NCBI GenBank assembly: GCA_026936335.1 | Contig: JAPMXV010000014.1 | Span: 1-64,000 of the forward strand | Length of the DNA: 64,000 bases | Source of the DNA: Mantamonas sphyraenae STR306 | Taxonomy: Eukaryota; Protista; CRuMs | Reading direction: 5' to 3' | Shown here: in pieces, positions 41,349-53,800 of the stretch | Numbering within the stretch: the stretch's first letter is position 1 | How the letters are laid out: the number at the start of each line of letters is the position of its first letter | Translations under genes and position numbers: made by a program | Notes under the pieces: model-generated | The model's input: only the letters and a program-made list of their open reading frames with translations | Told to the model about the DNA's origin: nothing | The model's database searches: none

Positions 41349-42748
41349 ATGGAAGAGCAAGGCGAAGCGCGGCCGTCGCCAAGTCAAACCGGTGCAACTG
41401 ACATGACAAAGCGATTCGCGAGTGCAATCAAGGGATGGGTACTGTGTACATTTGTGGTCGTGTTGTGGTGCACCATGTGTGCTGAGGGAGCGAGGTGGGG
41501 CGGCGGGGAGGAACACACCAAGGTGAAGCTGCGCGACGTGCAAGCCTTGACGTTGCGCAAGGGGGAAATGACGACCCATCGACGGGTGTCTGCTGTGCCT
41601 CAGGTACGTGGCCGTGTATGACACTGACCCTAAAGGCGGATGCGCGGAACTCGCGCTGTGCGTTTCCGCCCATTCTCCTTCTTGACGTCATTTGTGCTGG
41701 GACCCCAACGTCCGCTGACGAACGACACATCACTCTCTTTCTCTCTCTCTCTCTCTCACAGTTGAAGCGTGTGGGAGGTAGTGCGCCACGTGGGATGGAA
41801 CCGGATGTGGTGCAGTGCGTCAACGTGGGCAGCGACGGGACGACCGTGCAGTGGCGATGTGAAGCAGACCTTCCCAAGGGCATCCGCTTCGGTTTCACCA
41901 ACGTCATCTGCGAAGGGTGGAAGAACAGACACGACAAAAACATTCTGGCCGGCTCATGTGGATTGGAGTACAGCCTGGAGCGCACGAGTGCGTACGACCG
42001 CAACCACCACAGCAGTGGCCAAACACAGCATAGCCAACACGAACACAGCTATGGCCACGAGGACGCAAGCCACCAACATCGCCAGGGAAGGCGCCACCAC
42101 TTTAGCGACGTGACGGTGGACCGAGGCGAGGACGCAGCCAGCACCACGGGTGGAAGCTGGTTCTCCACTCTCTTTGTGTTTGGCCTTGTCTTTGCCTGCT
42201 GGTCGTGCTGCTGCAAACCCTCGAGCACAGCACAGACGGCGACGACAGGAACACAGCCAGGCGCAGGGTTACAACGTGCCTCGTGGCGCCCAGGGCGACC
42301 GTATGCCTCCTCCAGGGCCGCGTCGCGACGAGCCGGCCTTTCGCAGCAGCAACAACCACGATGGAAGCTCGTTTGGAAGCCCTCCCCAAGGCAAGCAGCA
42401 GAACAGCTTTGGAAGCAGTGGAAGCAACACACAAAGCAGCGACAGTGGAGGACACTCCTGGACCACCACAGCAGGCATTGCCGCAGCCTCGGCGGCCGCC
42501 GGATACTACGCAGGACGCAACAGTGGAGGAACCACACCCACACACAACACACCACCAGTGGCAACACATCATCATCATCATCATGGGGACAGCACGACAG
42601 CAACACCACGTCGCAGAGGCAACGTTGGAGGGACCGTTCGCCCTCGCCACCACGAAGCTACGGCAACTACACACGCAGGGACAGCAGCAGCGGCAGTGAT
42701 GACGACACGTATCGGGCCACAACCTACGCTTCGACATCGACGCGGTGA
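41349..42748 (+). CDS. SARAF: SARAF (store-operated Ca2+ entry-associated regulatory factor) homolog; intron 41604-41761
   Basis: KVKLRDVQALTL..G.MTT.RR.SAVPQL, VVQC.N.G.DG..VQW.C.ADL, CEGW, ILAGSCGLEY, single TM, terminal YASTSTR. Confidence 0.88.
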
Positions 42749-42777
42749 GAAACAACCCAAACCAAAAAGGCCCTGCC

Positions 42778-45700
42778 ATGTCCTTGTCATCCGTGCGGTT
42801 GCAAACATTGGAGCGGGAGCTGCAGGAGATGCGTGGCGAGCTGCATTCACAAAAGCAGCGGCTGCGACTCACCACCATCTTGCTCATGTTGGCTCTGTTT
42901 GTGCCCTGGCTGAGCCCCTGGTTTGCCACCACACCTGTAGTGCGCACCAAACGCCTCGAGCTTGTGGACGACAACGGAGTCATCCGTATGGAGGCAACAG
43001 TGGACGACAAACACCGAGCGTACGTGACCCCTTCCCATGTGTCTTGTGTGCATCCTCCCGTGCCTTTCCTTTCTCCTGAGTGCCCCTGCCTCGCGCTGTG
43101 CCCCGTCTCGTGTCTGCCCGCGCGCGCTGACGTTGAAATCCTTCCGGCGCCCTTTGCGCAGCGCGTGGCGCCTGCTCTCCGAAACCGGCGTGGCGTCGAT
43201 GAGCCACGTCGGCACTGCAGACGGACGCAAGGTGAGCACAGAGATCCGCGACGCCAAGAATGTGGTGCGATTGCGGCACACTGTGGCGGACCAGAAGCTG
43301 GGTGGCGTGAACAGCGAGCTTCTCGCCAGCGACGGCTCCATCCGCGCCTCTGTCAACTTGCAGAACGACCAGTCGGGATCCATTGCGTTGGCAGATACCA
43401 ATGCAGTGCCCCGCGTGCTTGCCACTGCTGCCTACTCTCGTGTGCATCTGCTGGACGGCGAGGGAGTGCCCCGTGTGCAACTCAAGGCCTCCTCCTCTGA
43501 TGCAGAGGTGGGTCTCCATGTCAACACGGACAAGGGAACCACGGGTGCTTCTCTCATTGTGGAGAATGACCCCAGTCTGCCCCAGCTGCGTCTGTCGTAT
43601 ACAGACCCGCGCAAAATGCGACACCGCCAGCATCGTTCGCACCTGCGCCGTCTGCGCCGCCGTGGCATTCCGCATCTCACTGGCCGCGTACAGCTCAACA
43701 AGATCCTGGAGCCGTGGCGAAACCCCATCCAACTGCCTGTTGCAGCACAGCTGGGTCTGCAGGCGTTGATGCAAGCTGACTCGCAGAACCATCCCGACGA
43801 GGCACACCCGTTCTTTACCCTTTTCAACACACGCAACAAGCCAGCCCTGGCCATGCAATTGGGCCACAACTCCAACCCCAAGATGATGGCGTGGGATCTG
43901 CTGGAAAAGGAGTACAAGGTCGTGGAGGCCTCTGTGAGCGATGAACAGGCCGCAAAGGTGACCCTTGCTCCATCACCGCCTGCTCGTCCGCCCCAAATCG
44001 AAGTATGTGACTTTGAGAGCGTCCAGGTCACGGTCAACTCGGAGTACGAGACCACAGACGGCAAGACGGCCGATTGGCTTGCTGATCGCTGGTCTCCCAA
44101 GGTGCGCAACGCCACAGGACAGCTGCCGCCGTTGGAGCCAGTGATCATTGTGCCTGGCATGTTTGCAAGTGTGCTGACGGCCAAGAAGTTGGCGACCGAA
44201 AACACTCAGTCGCCTCTGGAAAGCAAGGAGTGCTACTTTGGCGACGCCAAGGACTACGAGGTGTTCTTCATGGCACCCCGCTATGCTCTGCACACAGAAA
44301 AGTGGGACGAGCTGTACGCCATGGCGGAGCTGACTCCCGAGTTTTACACGCACGAAGAGACGGGCGAGAAGCGCGTGCACTTTCGCGATGCCGCAGGCAA
44401 CAAGGTGTGCCCGCACGACTTTGGCGGTGTCAAGGGTATCGATTACCTGGCGCGATCGTACTTGGACTGGGATGCCCATTGGCTGGAATTTCTAGTGCGT
44501 CTGTGGCCCTACCAGGACAAGCTGACGGCTGTGCAGTACGAGTACTCGGGACGGCTCATGGACGCCAACATGGACGTGAACCGCACGGCCAAGGCGGGCG
44601 GAGGCAGCGAATGGGTGGCGGGTGACAAGTATGCCCAGTTGATTGGGTACCTGGTCAAGGCGGGCTACAAGGTGGGCAAAAACCTGTTTGGAGCACCGTA
44701 CGACTGGCGCAAGCCCATTTCGGACCAGGAGGACTACCGCAAGGCACTGCGGGCGTTGATTGAAAAGGCAAGCGCCCTGAACGGAGGAAGCAAGGTGCAG
44801 GTGATTGCACACTCAATGGGCAACTACCAATTCCTCAAGTTCCAGCAGTGGATGGAGGAAAAGCAGACCGGGGGCACAGAGTGGCTGGACACACACGTGA
44901 GCAAGTATGTAAGCGTCAATGCGCCGTTTCTGGGAGCACCTCAGGCGCTGCGCACTTTGATTTCGGGCGGCCTGATGAGCAGTGCCCCGTGGCCTCGTGA
45001 AGGCCTGTACAAAATGGTGCGCTCCATGGGCGGCCTGTACTCCATGCTGCCGTCAGAAAACTACACACGGGTGGTGGAACAGCTGCCAGACCGCTCGGTG
45101 ACCGACCCGACGTGGGTGAACATCACCGAGCCCAGGGCGGCGCCGTTTGTGATCTTTGATGATTGCTCAGATGTGTCGGACACGCATCCGGATTGTGTGG
45201 CGTCACAGAGCTGGGACAAACAGCTTCGAAACCGCACGTTTGACTCGTCGCAGGTCTCCGAGCTGTTCCGCTTCCTGGGACGCGATGACATGGGCGAGAT
45301 TGTGGAGGCGATGCATCATGACCGAGAAATCGTCGAGGCGTACCAGCCACGCGTGCCCACGTACTGCCTTTTTGCACACGGTTCGCCCACCGAGTTTGGC
45401 ATGCGCTACCGCGGCGTGCCTGTGGAGGGGGTGTCACGCACGGGTCCTCTCGAACAGGAACCCGAATTTGGGTTTGGCTGTACGGATGGCGACGGCCTGC
45501 TGAGCACCAACAGCATGCGCTACTGCGAAAACTGGAAGTCACTTGTGTTCAGCCTGCCCTTTGACAAGCGAGGCCACAGCAGCATGCTGAAGGATGCGGT
45601 AGCGCTGGACGAAATCCTGACGATTCTGACCAACGACACGACGCGCGCACGCGACGTACCTCGCAAGCCTTTCTTTTTCCCCACGCAGCGTACTGTGCCG

Positions 45701-45922
45701 CGCCATGCCCAGAGCATCATCCAGAAGAAGCTGTGTGTTGCCCTGCGTCAGCACGCAAACATGGGCCAGTCGTACCGCCAAGCGTGCAACGACATCGACG
45801 CAGCAGGCTCACTGCTGTCCCAATTCGACGTCAAGTTTCAGATCCAGCGCAGCGAGTTGTTGGACATGTGCATGGAGCTGGGCCGGGGCGATGGATGTGC
45901 TGGAGGCGACAAGGAGGAGTAA
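42778..45922 (+). CDS. Membrane-anchored LCAT/group XV PLA2-family acyltransferase fused to an N-terminal beta-rich repeat region; intron 43020-43161
   Basis: PVIIVPGMFASVL, LFGAPYDWR, nucleophile AHSMG, DGDG, GHSSML. N-terminal coiled coil plus TM. Confidence 0.87.
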
Positions 45923-46010
45923 ATGCGGGCAAATGCCAAATGGAGACCGATGTCCAGGTCACACACACACGCACACACACACGCACACACACGTGGGGCT
46001 GAGTGGAAGG

Positions 46011-48902
46011 ATGGATCGGATGGTGTCCAAAGGGGCAACCCGGCCCAGCACGGTCCAAAACATCCGCAGCAAAAGGCATCTCGAGTCCACCATGAGCACG
46101 GCCGATCCTGTCAGTGACGGGACCGGGTTTAACCTGGGCAGCGATGTGTTTGGGCTGGCGTGGATGTTCTGTGGCGAGGACCTGCAAACGTTTCTGGAGA
46201 TGCAAACGGAGTTTCTGGGCCAGCTGGAATTGGAGCAGGACACTGTGCAGGCAGACTTCCTGCCCATCCTGCTGGAGTGTCTGCAGAAGTTGACAGCAAG
46301 TTTGGCACTGACCAACTTCCAACTGGGCACGAGCAAACGGGGCAGGAAGCAAGCGGTGCAGCAGCAGTCCGATTCGTGGACCCGCGGCGTAGCCGAACAG
46401 GTGGGATCTGACCTACGCAAAAGTGTCATGCTGCACAACGCGTCGACGACATCCGGCCCCGGTGACGCAAATGGGAACCTTGCAAGCGAGAAGCTGGGCC
46501 GCACGCGGGCAGAGAGCATTCATTGGCTCAACAACGCGTTGTCCGATTTGGTGGCCAGCGGCGAACTGTCCACAGAGATGCCTGTGCGCCCTGTGGTGAG
46601 CATGGCAGACTTTGACGACGATCTGGAAGGTGTGGAGGAAACGGCAGAGGAGAGGGAGGAGAAGGATGCCGCGGACGGGGCTGAAGAAGGCGAGGAGAAG
46701 GATGAGGGCGAGGGCGACACGACGGCCTCCCGGGACGGTGGGACGAACCTGCGCCAAAACAGCCCCTACAAGGAACGGCCAGACGACGCAGAGTATGTAC
46801 AGAAGCGCATGACCATGAAGAAGAACCCGCACAATGTGCCTACGATGCGCAGTCCGCTGACAAAGTTCAAGGTAAGTTTGTGGTTTTGCATCCGTTTGTG
46901 GACTCGCGCGCGTCGCGCAACCGCAGGAAAGGAAAGCAGGACAATTGGGATGCACCAAAGCGGGAGGACAGTGCTGACACAGGTGGGCACCGGGGTGTTG
47001 CACACAGTCAAAGGAAGTCAATATGCGCCTGTGGTGCGTGGAGACGTGGATCCACAAAGTTGCGTGGCGATGGGCCAGGGAGTGAACACGTCGGAGGTGC
47101 TTGTGGCCAACAAGCTGCTGCGATTCAACATTCAAGCAAAGGACAAGCAGGGGGTGCGGTTGCGCGAAGGGGGACATGCATTTCACGTGCAGATCACCCC
47201 GCTGGAAGACAAGGCGTTGTGGACACGCAACGACTTTGTGCCCAGCGAGATAGTGTCCCCACTGGACGAGGAGGACACCGGTGAGGATGTGCGCGTGAGT
47301 CATTGGACGTCTGACGATGTGCACAACATCCATTGCTGGCTGGTGGACAGGAACACGGGCTCGTACAGGGTGATGTACTGTGTGTCGCAGATGGGACGGT
47401 ACCAAGTGCACGTGAAGCTGGACGACCAGGATGTGCTGGGCTCTCCCTTTGAGGTGCGCATTGGTAGCGGCGAAGCAGCGCCAGAGAACGCAGAGATCCA
47501 GCCTTTGAGCACCAAGAACCTCTCCACGACAAATGTGGGCCACCTGACACGGCTGCTTGTGGTTGCACGTGATGGCATGGGCAACCGCATGGTCACGGGT
47601 GGGCTCAATGTCAAGGGTGAGTTTAGTGGCCATGCACGATGCCACACGGAGGACCGGCAGGACGGAACGTACGAGGTGAGCTACACGCCGACAGCAGCAG
47701 GCGATTACCGCCTCAAGCTGCGCATGGACAGTGTACACGTGGCAGGCAGTCCCTTCAAGGTGACGGTGTATGCAGGGCCGGCCGAGGCTGCCTTTTGCAC
47801 AGCCACAGGGCCCGGGTTGACGATGGGCTCGGTCAAGTTGCGCACACGCAATCGATTCCAGATCCAGGCGAGGGACGTGTGCAACCAACGGACTTCGTTG
47901 ATGCGACACAAGTTTGTGGTGGTGGTGAACCACGAGAATGTGGATACGGGCGAGGTGACGACGACGGAACTGGACAGCAAGAACGTGGTCAGCAAATCGG
48001 GAGGATTGATGGAAGTTAGTTGGACGCCACAATTGCCTGGCACATACAAGTTGAGCATCAAGTACGACGGCACACACATCTCGGGCTCCCCCTTTACCAT
48101 TGTGCTGATGGGTGTCACGGGGTATTACGGCATTCGGTCGGCCTCGTCGAACCGCATCGGCAGCACACGCGTGGCAAGCGTCATTGTCAGTCCCAAGAGC
48201 AAAGACAGTGGCAGCAGCAGCAGCAGCGGCGGCCGCGGCAGGGATGCAGATGGTGGACAGGGAAGCGGAGAAACACGGAAGCCCAGCGTGCTCAAGACAC
48301 AGGCGCGGCAGGACAATCGCCACTCACTGCTGCGAAGCACAGCCAACGCATCGTTGAAATTGAAGAACGGCATCGAAACGAAGCGACATTCGCTGAGACC
48401 CGAAGACTTTCTCAGTGTGACGGTCAATGGTCTCAGCGAAGACTTTGACGCCACAAAGCGGCTGTCGTTCGTGACCCAGGATCTTCTGGGACCACAGGGA
48501 TCTCAGGCAGTGGAGGACGACGAGGATGACGACGAGGTCCAGCTGCAAACTCTCAACTTCATTGCCAAGAAACGCTCTGGTTTCCTGTCGCGTCGGGTGA
48601 CGCGGTCGTTGGGCAAGCGCGAGTGGCGACAGTCGTTCTGGATGCTGACACGGACGACATTGTACAGCTTTGCTGGGGTGGATGACACGTTGCCACAGGC
48701 GCTGGTGTGCCTCGAACGCTGCAGCCTCAGCTACAAGGATGGCGACACGGAAAACTCCTTTGAATTGCATCTGGACAAAGGCAAAACCAAGATTCTGCTG
48801 CGTGCAGACAAGCGCTCGGAGATGTTGGAGTGGGTGGAATGCATCCAGGAGCAGATTGACGCCCTGCGCTCGGAAGCCTTGCAAGAGCGGCTGGCCCAGT
48901 GA
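46011..48902 (+). CDS. Filamin-repeat (about 3) plus C-terminal PH domain protein; probable in-frame intron 46872-46982
   Basis: D...G+Y.V.Y.....G.Y.+.+......+.GSPF three times. SGFLSRR...WRQSFWML...LLRAD...EMLEWVECI PH motif. Start uncertain. Confidence 0.85.
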   Translation: MDRMVSKGATRPSTVQNIRSKRHLESTMSTADPVSDGTGFNLGSDVFGLAWMFCGEDLQTFLEMQTEFLGQLELEQDTVQADFLPILLECLQKLTASLALTNFQLGTSKRGRKQAVQQQSDSWTRGVAEQVGSDLRKSVMLHNASTTSGPGDANGNLASEKLGRTRAESIHWLNNALSDLVASGELSTEMPVRPVVSMADFDDDLEGVEETAEEREEKDAADGAEEGEEKDEGEGDTTASRDGGTNLRQNSPYKERPDDAEYVQKRMTMKKNPHNVPTMRSPLTKFKVSLWFCIRLWTRARRATAGKESRTIGMHQSGRTVLTQVGTGVLHTVKGSQYAPVVRGDVDPQSCVAMGQGVNTSEVLVANKLLRFNIQAKDKQGVRLREGGHAFHVQITPLEDKALWTRNDFVPSEIVSPLDEEDTGEDVRVSHWTSDDVHNIHCWLVDRNTGSYRVMYCVSQMGRYQVHVKLDDQDVLGSPFEVRIGSGEAAPENAEIQPLSTKNLSTTNVGHLTRLLVVARDGMGNRMVTGGLNVKGEFSGHARCHTEDRQDGTYEVSYTPTAAGDYRLKLRMDSVHVAGSPFKVTVYAGPAEAAFCTATGPGLTMGSVKLRTRNRFQIQARDVCNQRTSLMRHKFVVVVNHENVDTGEVTTTELDSKNVVSKSGGLMEVSWTPQLPGTYKLSIKYDGTHISGSPFTIVLMGVTGYYGIRSASSNRIGSTRVASVIVSPKSKDSGSSSSSGGRGRDADGGQGSGETRKPSVLKTQARQDNRHSLLRSTANASLKLKNGIETKRHSLRPEDFLSVTVNGLSEDFDATKRLSFVTQDLLGPQGSQAVEDDEDDDEVQLQTLNFIAKKRSGFLSRRVTRSLGKREWRQSFWMLTRTTLYSFAGVDDTLPQALVCLERCSLSYKDGDTENSFELHLDKGKTKILLRADKRSEMLEWVECIQEQIDALRSEALQERLAQ

Positions 48903-49027
48903 GCCCAGCGAGAGCATGAAAGGCGGGCAGGCAATGAACACTCAAGAAAACAAAGCGCAGATGAGCACACATGCACACTTGTGGATTCCCATCATGTGGG
49001 CGCCATCGCAGCCACCCCGAGCAAAGA

Positions 49028-50727
49028 ATGTCCAGCCGAACAGCGACTGTGGTGGCATCTGTGCTCCTGGTGTGTCTGGCAGCGTGTGTGGTGTGTGACA
49101 ACGTGGTCACCCTGACCGACGACAACTTTGACGATATGACCAAGGACGGCGCCTGGCTGGTGAAGTTGTACGTGTGCGCGATTCCGGCCGCCGCGCCCTC
49201 ACGGCAAGAGGGGCAGACATCGGAATACATCCAACCCGTGCTGACACGTTTATGAACATGCTGCGCGTAAACACGTGCCATGTGTGCTGCGTGGATTGCC
49301 TCCGTTGGTGCCGTGTTGGGTCCACTTTGCGCTGACGTCAGCTACGCCCCGTGGTGTGGCCACTGCAAGCGCCTGGCTCCCATCTTTGAGGAGGCTGCAG
49401 GCAAGCTGGGTGGCAAAGTGCGCCTGGGCAAGGTCGATTGCACTGTGGAATCGGGTCTGGCCAGTCGCTTCAACGTCCGTGGCTACCCCACCGTCAACTT
49501 GTGCGTTGTTGGAAACATCCCATGCGACGGCGCCATACGCACCACGCCTCCCCAACCTCGCCCTGCCTGCAACACACAGCGCTGACACACGTTTTGGCAT
49601 TAACAACCGCCGTCGCCGTGTGCACCCTTCCACCACGCATCGATGGTCTCACAGTATCCGTGGCGAGTCTGTGAAGCAGTACACTGGCGGTCGCACAGTG
49701 GATGCCATCACGCGTTACTGCGAGAGCATGGCTGGGTGGGTTTTCTCTGCTCCCCAGCACACGCCGATGAGGCAAATCACACACAGGCAACTGACACACA
49801 TGCGCACACACGGTGCACCCTTTCATCCACAGCCCTGCTGCCTCGAGCATGGCCCTGAACGAGCTGGACGGCTGGCTGAAGAGCCCGAGCAACAAGTTTG
49901 TGCTGCTGAGCACGGACGAGGAAGACCAGCGCGTGTTTACTGGCGTGGCAGAGAACTACCAAGGCGGCAGTCTTGAATTTGCCATGGCCAAGGATAGCGC
50001 TGCCGGCTTTGCCAAGGCCCTGCAGGTGGAGGCAGGCACCAAGCTGGTGGCCGTCACCGACGAGGGCAACTTTGCCATGGACGACGAGTCGCTGGACAGC
50101 CAAAGCATCGACAAGTTTGTGCGCACCTACCAATTCCCGCTGGTGAGCGAGATTGGCAGTGCCAACTTCCGCGAGTTGACCTCCCAGGGCGTGCTGACCA
50201 TCATTGCCGTCGTCAACCCGGACGATGCCAAGAAGACACCTCCGTTCCTTGAGCTGACCCGTGAATTGGCCCGCAAGAACCGCGGTGGTCGTTTTGTGTT
50301 TGCCTGGATCAACGGTGCCCAGTGGAGCGAGTATGTGGCTCGTTTCGACATCACCCCGGAGCTGTTCCCTCGCATGCTGGCCCTGGATGCGCCCGCAAAC
50401 CGCTTCTTTGGCGACCTGGACATCAGTGAACAGACAGTGGCCGCGTACAGCACGTGGTTGGACACGGTGGAGCAGCAGAACGAGGATGCAAAGACCTTCT
50501 TTGGCAACCTTCTGGACATGGGTGGCAAGGCTGTGCGTGCAGCCAAGAAGAACCTGCTGGCCACCGCGGGCTTCCTTGCCCTCTTTGTGGTTGCCATCTA
50601 CCTCTGCTTCACCGCCCTCGACGAGGAGCCCCTGCCCGCCAGCAAGGCCGAGGCCAGCAAGAACGCAGCCGCCAAGGAAGCAGCTGCCACTGAGGAGAAG
50701 GGCACCGAGGCCAAGAAGGAGGACTAA
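49028..50727 (+). CDS. Transmembrane PDI-family thioredoxin (TMX3-like); 3 introns
   Basis: Signal peptide, spliced [18 protein letters not shown], b/b' type domains, C-terminal TM and KKED di-lysine ER signal. Confidence 0.9.
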
Positions 50728-50806
50728 GAGCATCATTGTATCTGCAACAGGGTATGGAGTGTGAATGAAGCCTGGTTTTGCATTCTCCTACCGCCCGTTC
50801 TCCTGC

Positions 50807-53800
50807 TCATCCACGCGCGTTGATGCCGGTGAAGCGGATGACAGGCCCCTCGTCGGTGTCATGCACCTCAAAGTTGTTGTTGAACTCTTCGGTGGAGAAA
50901 AAGTCGTTGATGCTCTCGATGTTGTAACTTGCGGCGCGGCTTTCAAACTCGCGCTGATCGAGATCGATGCTGCTTGGCAGGCTGTAGCTGTCGCCACGCT
51001 CGCGGCCAACCAGGGTCAGGTAATCGAGTTTGTCCTTGACCATGGTGTTGAGCACGTGCAGCAACAGCTGGTTCGTCTCTGTGTTGAGGTACTGGTACTT
51101 GCGGAAGCTCTGTTCCAGCGAACGCATGATGGCAAAGCGCTGCGCCTGGATGAACGAACGCACGCTGACTTTGATGGCCAGGTCCACGTCTGTCGACGCC
51201 ACAAGGTCGCTGAGACGCATGCGTGCGCTGGCCTCGGCAATGCGGATGATCGACTCCACGTGGCGCACCGTCATCGGCATGCCTCCCGACTTGCTCTTTT
51301 TGCGCAGGTCTGCATACAGCTGGCTGATGCGGTCCTTGTCCACCTGGTTCAGCTTTGGGTGCACATGCCTCTTGGCGTACTGCAGGTACTTGCGCAGCGT
51401 CTCCTGGTCCAATTCGCCAGACGACGACGACGACGACGACGATGAGGAAGAAGAGGAGGACGAAGATGACGAAGATGATGACGACGACGACATCGTCATT
51501 CCTTCTTCTTCCATGCCCATGCCCGTCTGCTGGGCGCGCTCCTTGACGGCTGTCGGGTGCGATGAGCGGTGCGAGTTGACGACAAAGTCGGCCAGGCGCT
51601 CGTCGTTGGCACGGTTGACACTGTCGCGTACGACGCAGACAATGTCAAAGCGCGAGAGAATGGGTTCGGTGAGTTCGACGTTTTGGTCGAGGGACAACTG
51701 CGGGTTGTAGCGTCCTCCCTTGGGGTTTGCGGCAGCAATGACGGAACAGCGCGCCTGCAGAGTGGTCACAATGCCTGCCTTGGACACAGAAATGCTCTGC
51801 TGTTCCATGGCTTCGTGGATACTCGTGCGGTCCTGGTCGTTCATCTTGTCAAACTCGTCAATCAGGCACACGCCACGGTCGGCAAGCACCATGGCGCCGC
51901 CCTGCAACACCCACTCGTGCGTGATGGCGTCCTTGTTCACCGAGGCTGTGAGACCCACAGCAGAGGCACCCTGACCCGTGGCAAACACTGCACGCGGCGC
52001 CGTCTTTTCCGTAAACTTGAGGACCTGCGACTTGGCCGTTCCCGGGTCGCCCACAAGCAGCACGTTGATGTCACCACGGATGCGATGCTTGCCTGCAATG
52101 TCCTTGGGCTCGCCGCCAAAGAGGGCACACGCCACGGCGGTTTTGATGTCCTCGCTGCCATAGATGGACGGGGCAATGCTGTTGATGATGCGCGTGCGAA
52201 TATCCGGCTCCTCGGCCAGAGCACGGATGGCCGCCTCGTCCTCGTTGCTCAAGGCAGACTGTGCGTACAGATCCTCGTGTCGCTCCACATGGTTGGCCTC
52301 AATGATGGTTGCAAACACGGGGAAGCCGTTGCGCGTGTTGAGCGACAGATCAAAGTTGTTGCGGTAGATGCCCGTGACGCTGACATCCTCGCCCGGACGG
52401 CAGCAGTCGATCAGATCGGCCAAAAGAATGACCTCTTTGGAGCGTGGCACACGGCCAGCTGGCACAGAGCCAGGCGACTCCTGCAACGTGATCTTCTGAT
52501 AGTTGCCGTACACAGTCTGCTCGTTGTTCACTGTAAACGGTCCCCGCGACTGACACTCGGGACAAGAGCCAATCTTAATTTCCGTGGACGAGTTTTGTGC
52601 AAAGGGGACCCAGCACATAGCCACAGCGACCGCAATCAAACTTGACTGCCTTGAGCTGCGGAAACACGCCTGTACGTCGTGTCACCACGCCCGAAACGCG
52701 GATCAGACCTGCGAGAGAAGAAGAAGGAGGGAAGGGGCGTGTGTGTGTGTGTGTTAGAGAGAGAGAGAGAAAGAGATGGGTGGAGAGATGGCATGCACAG
52801 GCGGCAAGAGAACAAGGGGGCCACTCACTGTTCAGATGTGTCTGACGAATGTCACGCAGGGCGTCTGCAATGGGCAGGTCCGAGATGCGCACGTAGACAT
52901 TGCTGTGGATGCGTGCATATTCGGGAGAGGACTGAAACACAACGGCTTCTAGGGCCTCGTCAAAGGGAGGAAGGATGAGGGCCGGATGTTCAGCCAGCCA
53001 CATGCTGAGCAGCGGGTCGAACGCGCTCAGATGAAGATAGGAGACAGCGAGACTCTGTTCAAAGTTGGCAGTCATGGCATGCACTCGCTGTGCGTAGATG
53101 GCCTTGTCCTCACGGTCGCCCGGCAGGGAGAAGGTCTTGAAAAAGGTCACAAAGGCGTCGTAGATGGCCGTCTGTGTGGCGTCCTGCAGCAGCCAGTCCT
53201 TGACTGCGCCCTTGACATTGTCCATGCGGAAGCCCTGGTAGGTGCCTTCGTGTCCATCGTCGTCTGCATCTCCGTCGCCCATGTCTTCCTCGTCCATGGC
53301 GTCGCTGCCCTCCGCGGCACGTTCTGCACGCGCCCGTCGTGCTCTGCGTCCACCCATCCCTTCGTTGTCCTCGTCAAAGAACGCCGCTGGCATGCGTGGG
53401 TTGTGAATGCGTCGCTGTGCAGACGTCTGCTCCATCGCCTCTTCTGCCGCTTGACTGTGCACGCGCAACGCCCCGTGTCCCGTGGTTGATGTTGATGCGA
53501 GACATGTGTGAGCCCTCTCTCCATCTTGCCACACACACCCTGTGCTTGCTGCACAACACTGCGTGCATGCAATCGCCTCTATTGCACCCTCTCCATCCTC
53601 TCCTTTGTCCTCATTGTCGCTCTGCCCCGTCCCCACGCGCCCGACAAGTGGGTCGAAAAATCGATGGTACCCTCCCAACTCACCGCTGTGCTGCCGTCAT
53701 GGCCCCGTAGTCGCGGTCGTCCACACCCTCGCTCTCAAAATAGTCCAGCTCGGCACGTGCGCCATAGTCTCTGTGGGATGTCCGTGTCAAAACAGTGTCA

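Noticed and set aside
41768-41770. CGT at a conserved Cys position in SARAF as C-to-U editing
   Set aside because: The partner Cys is also absent, which fits loss of the disulfide pair; single site only.
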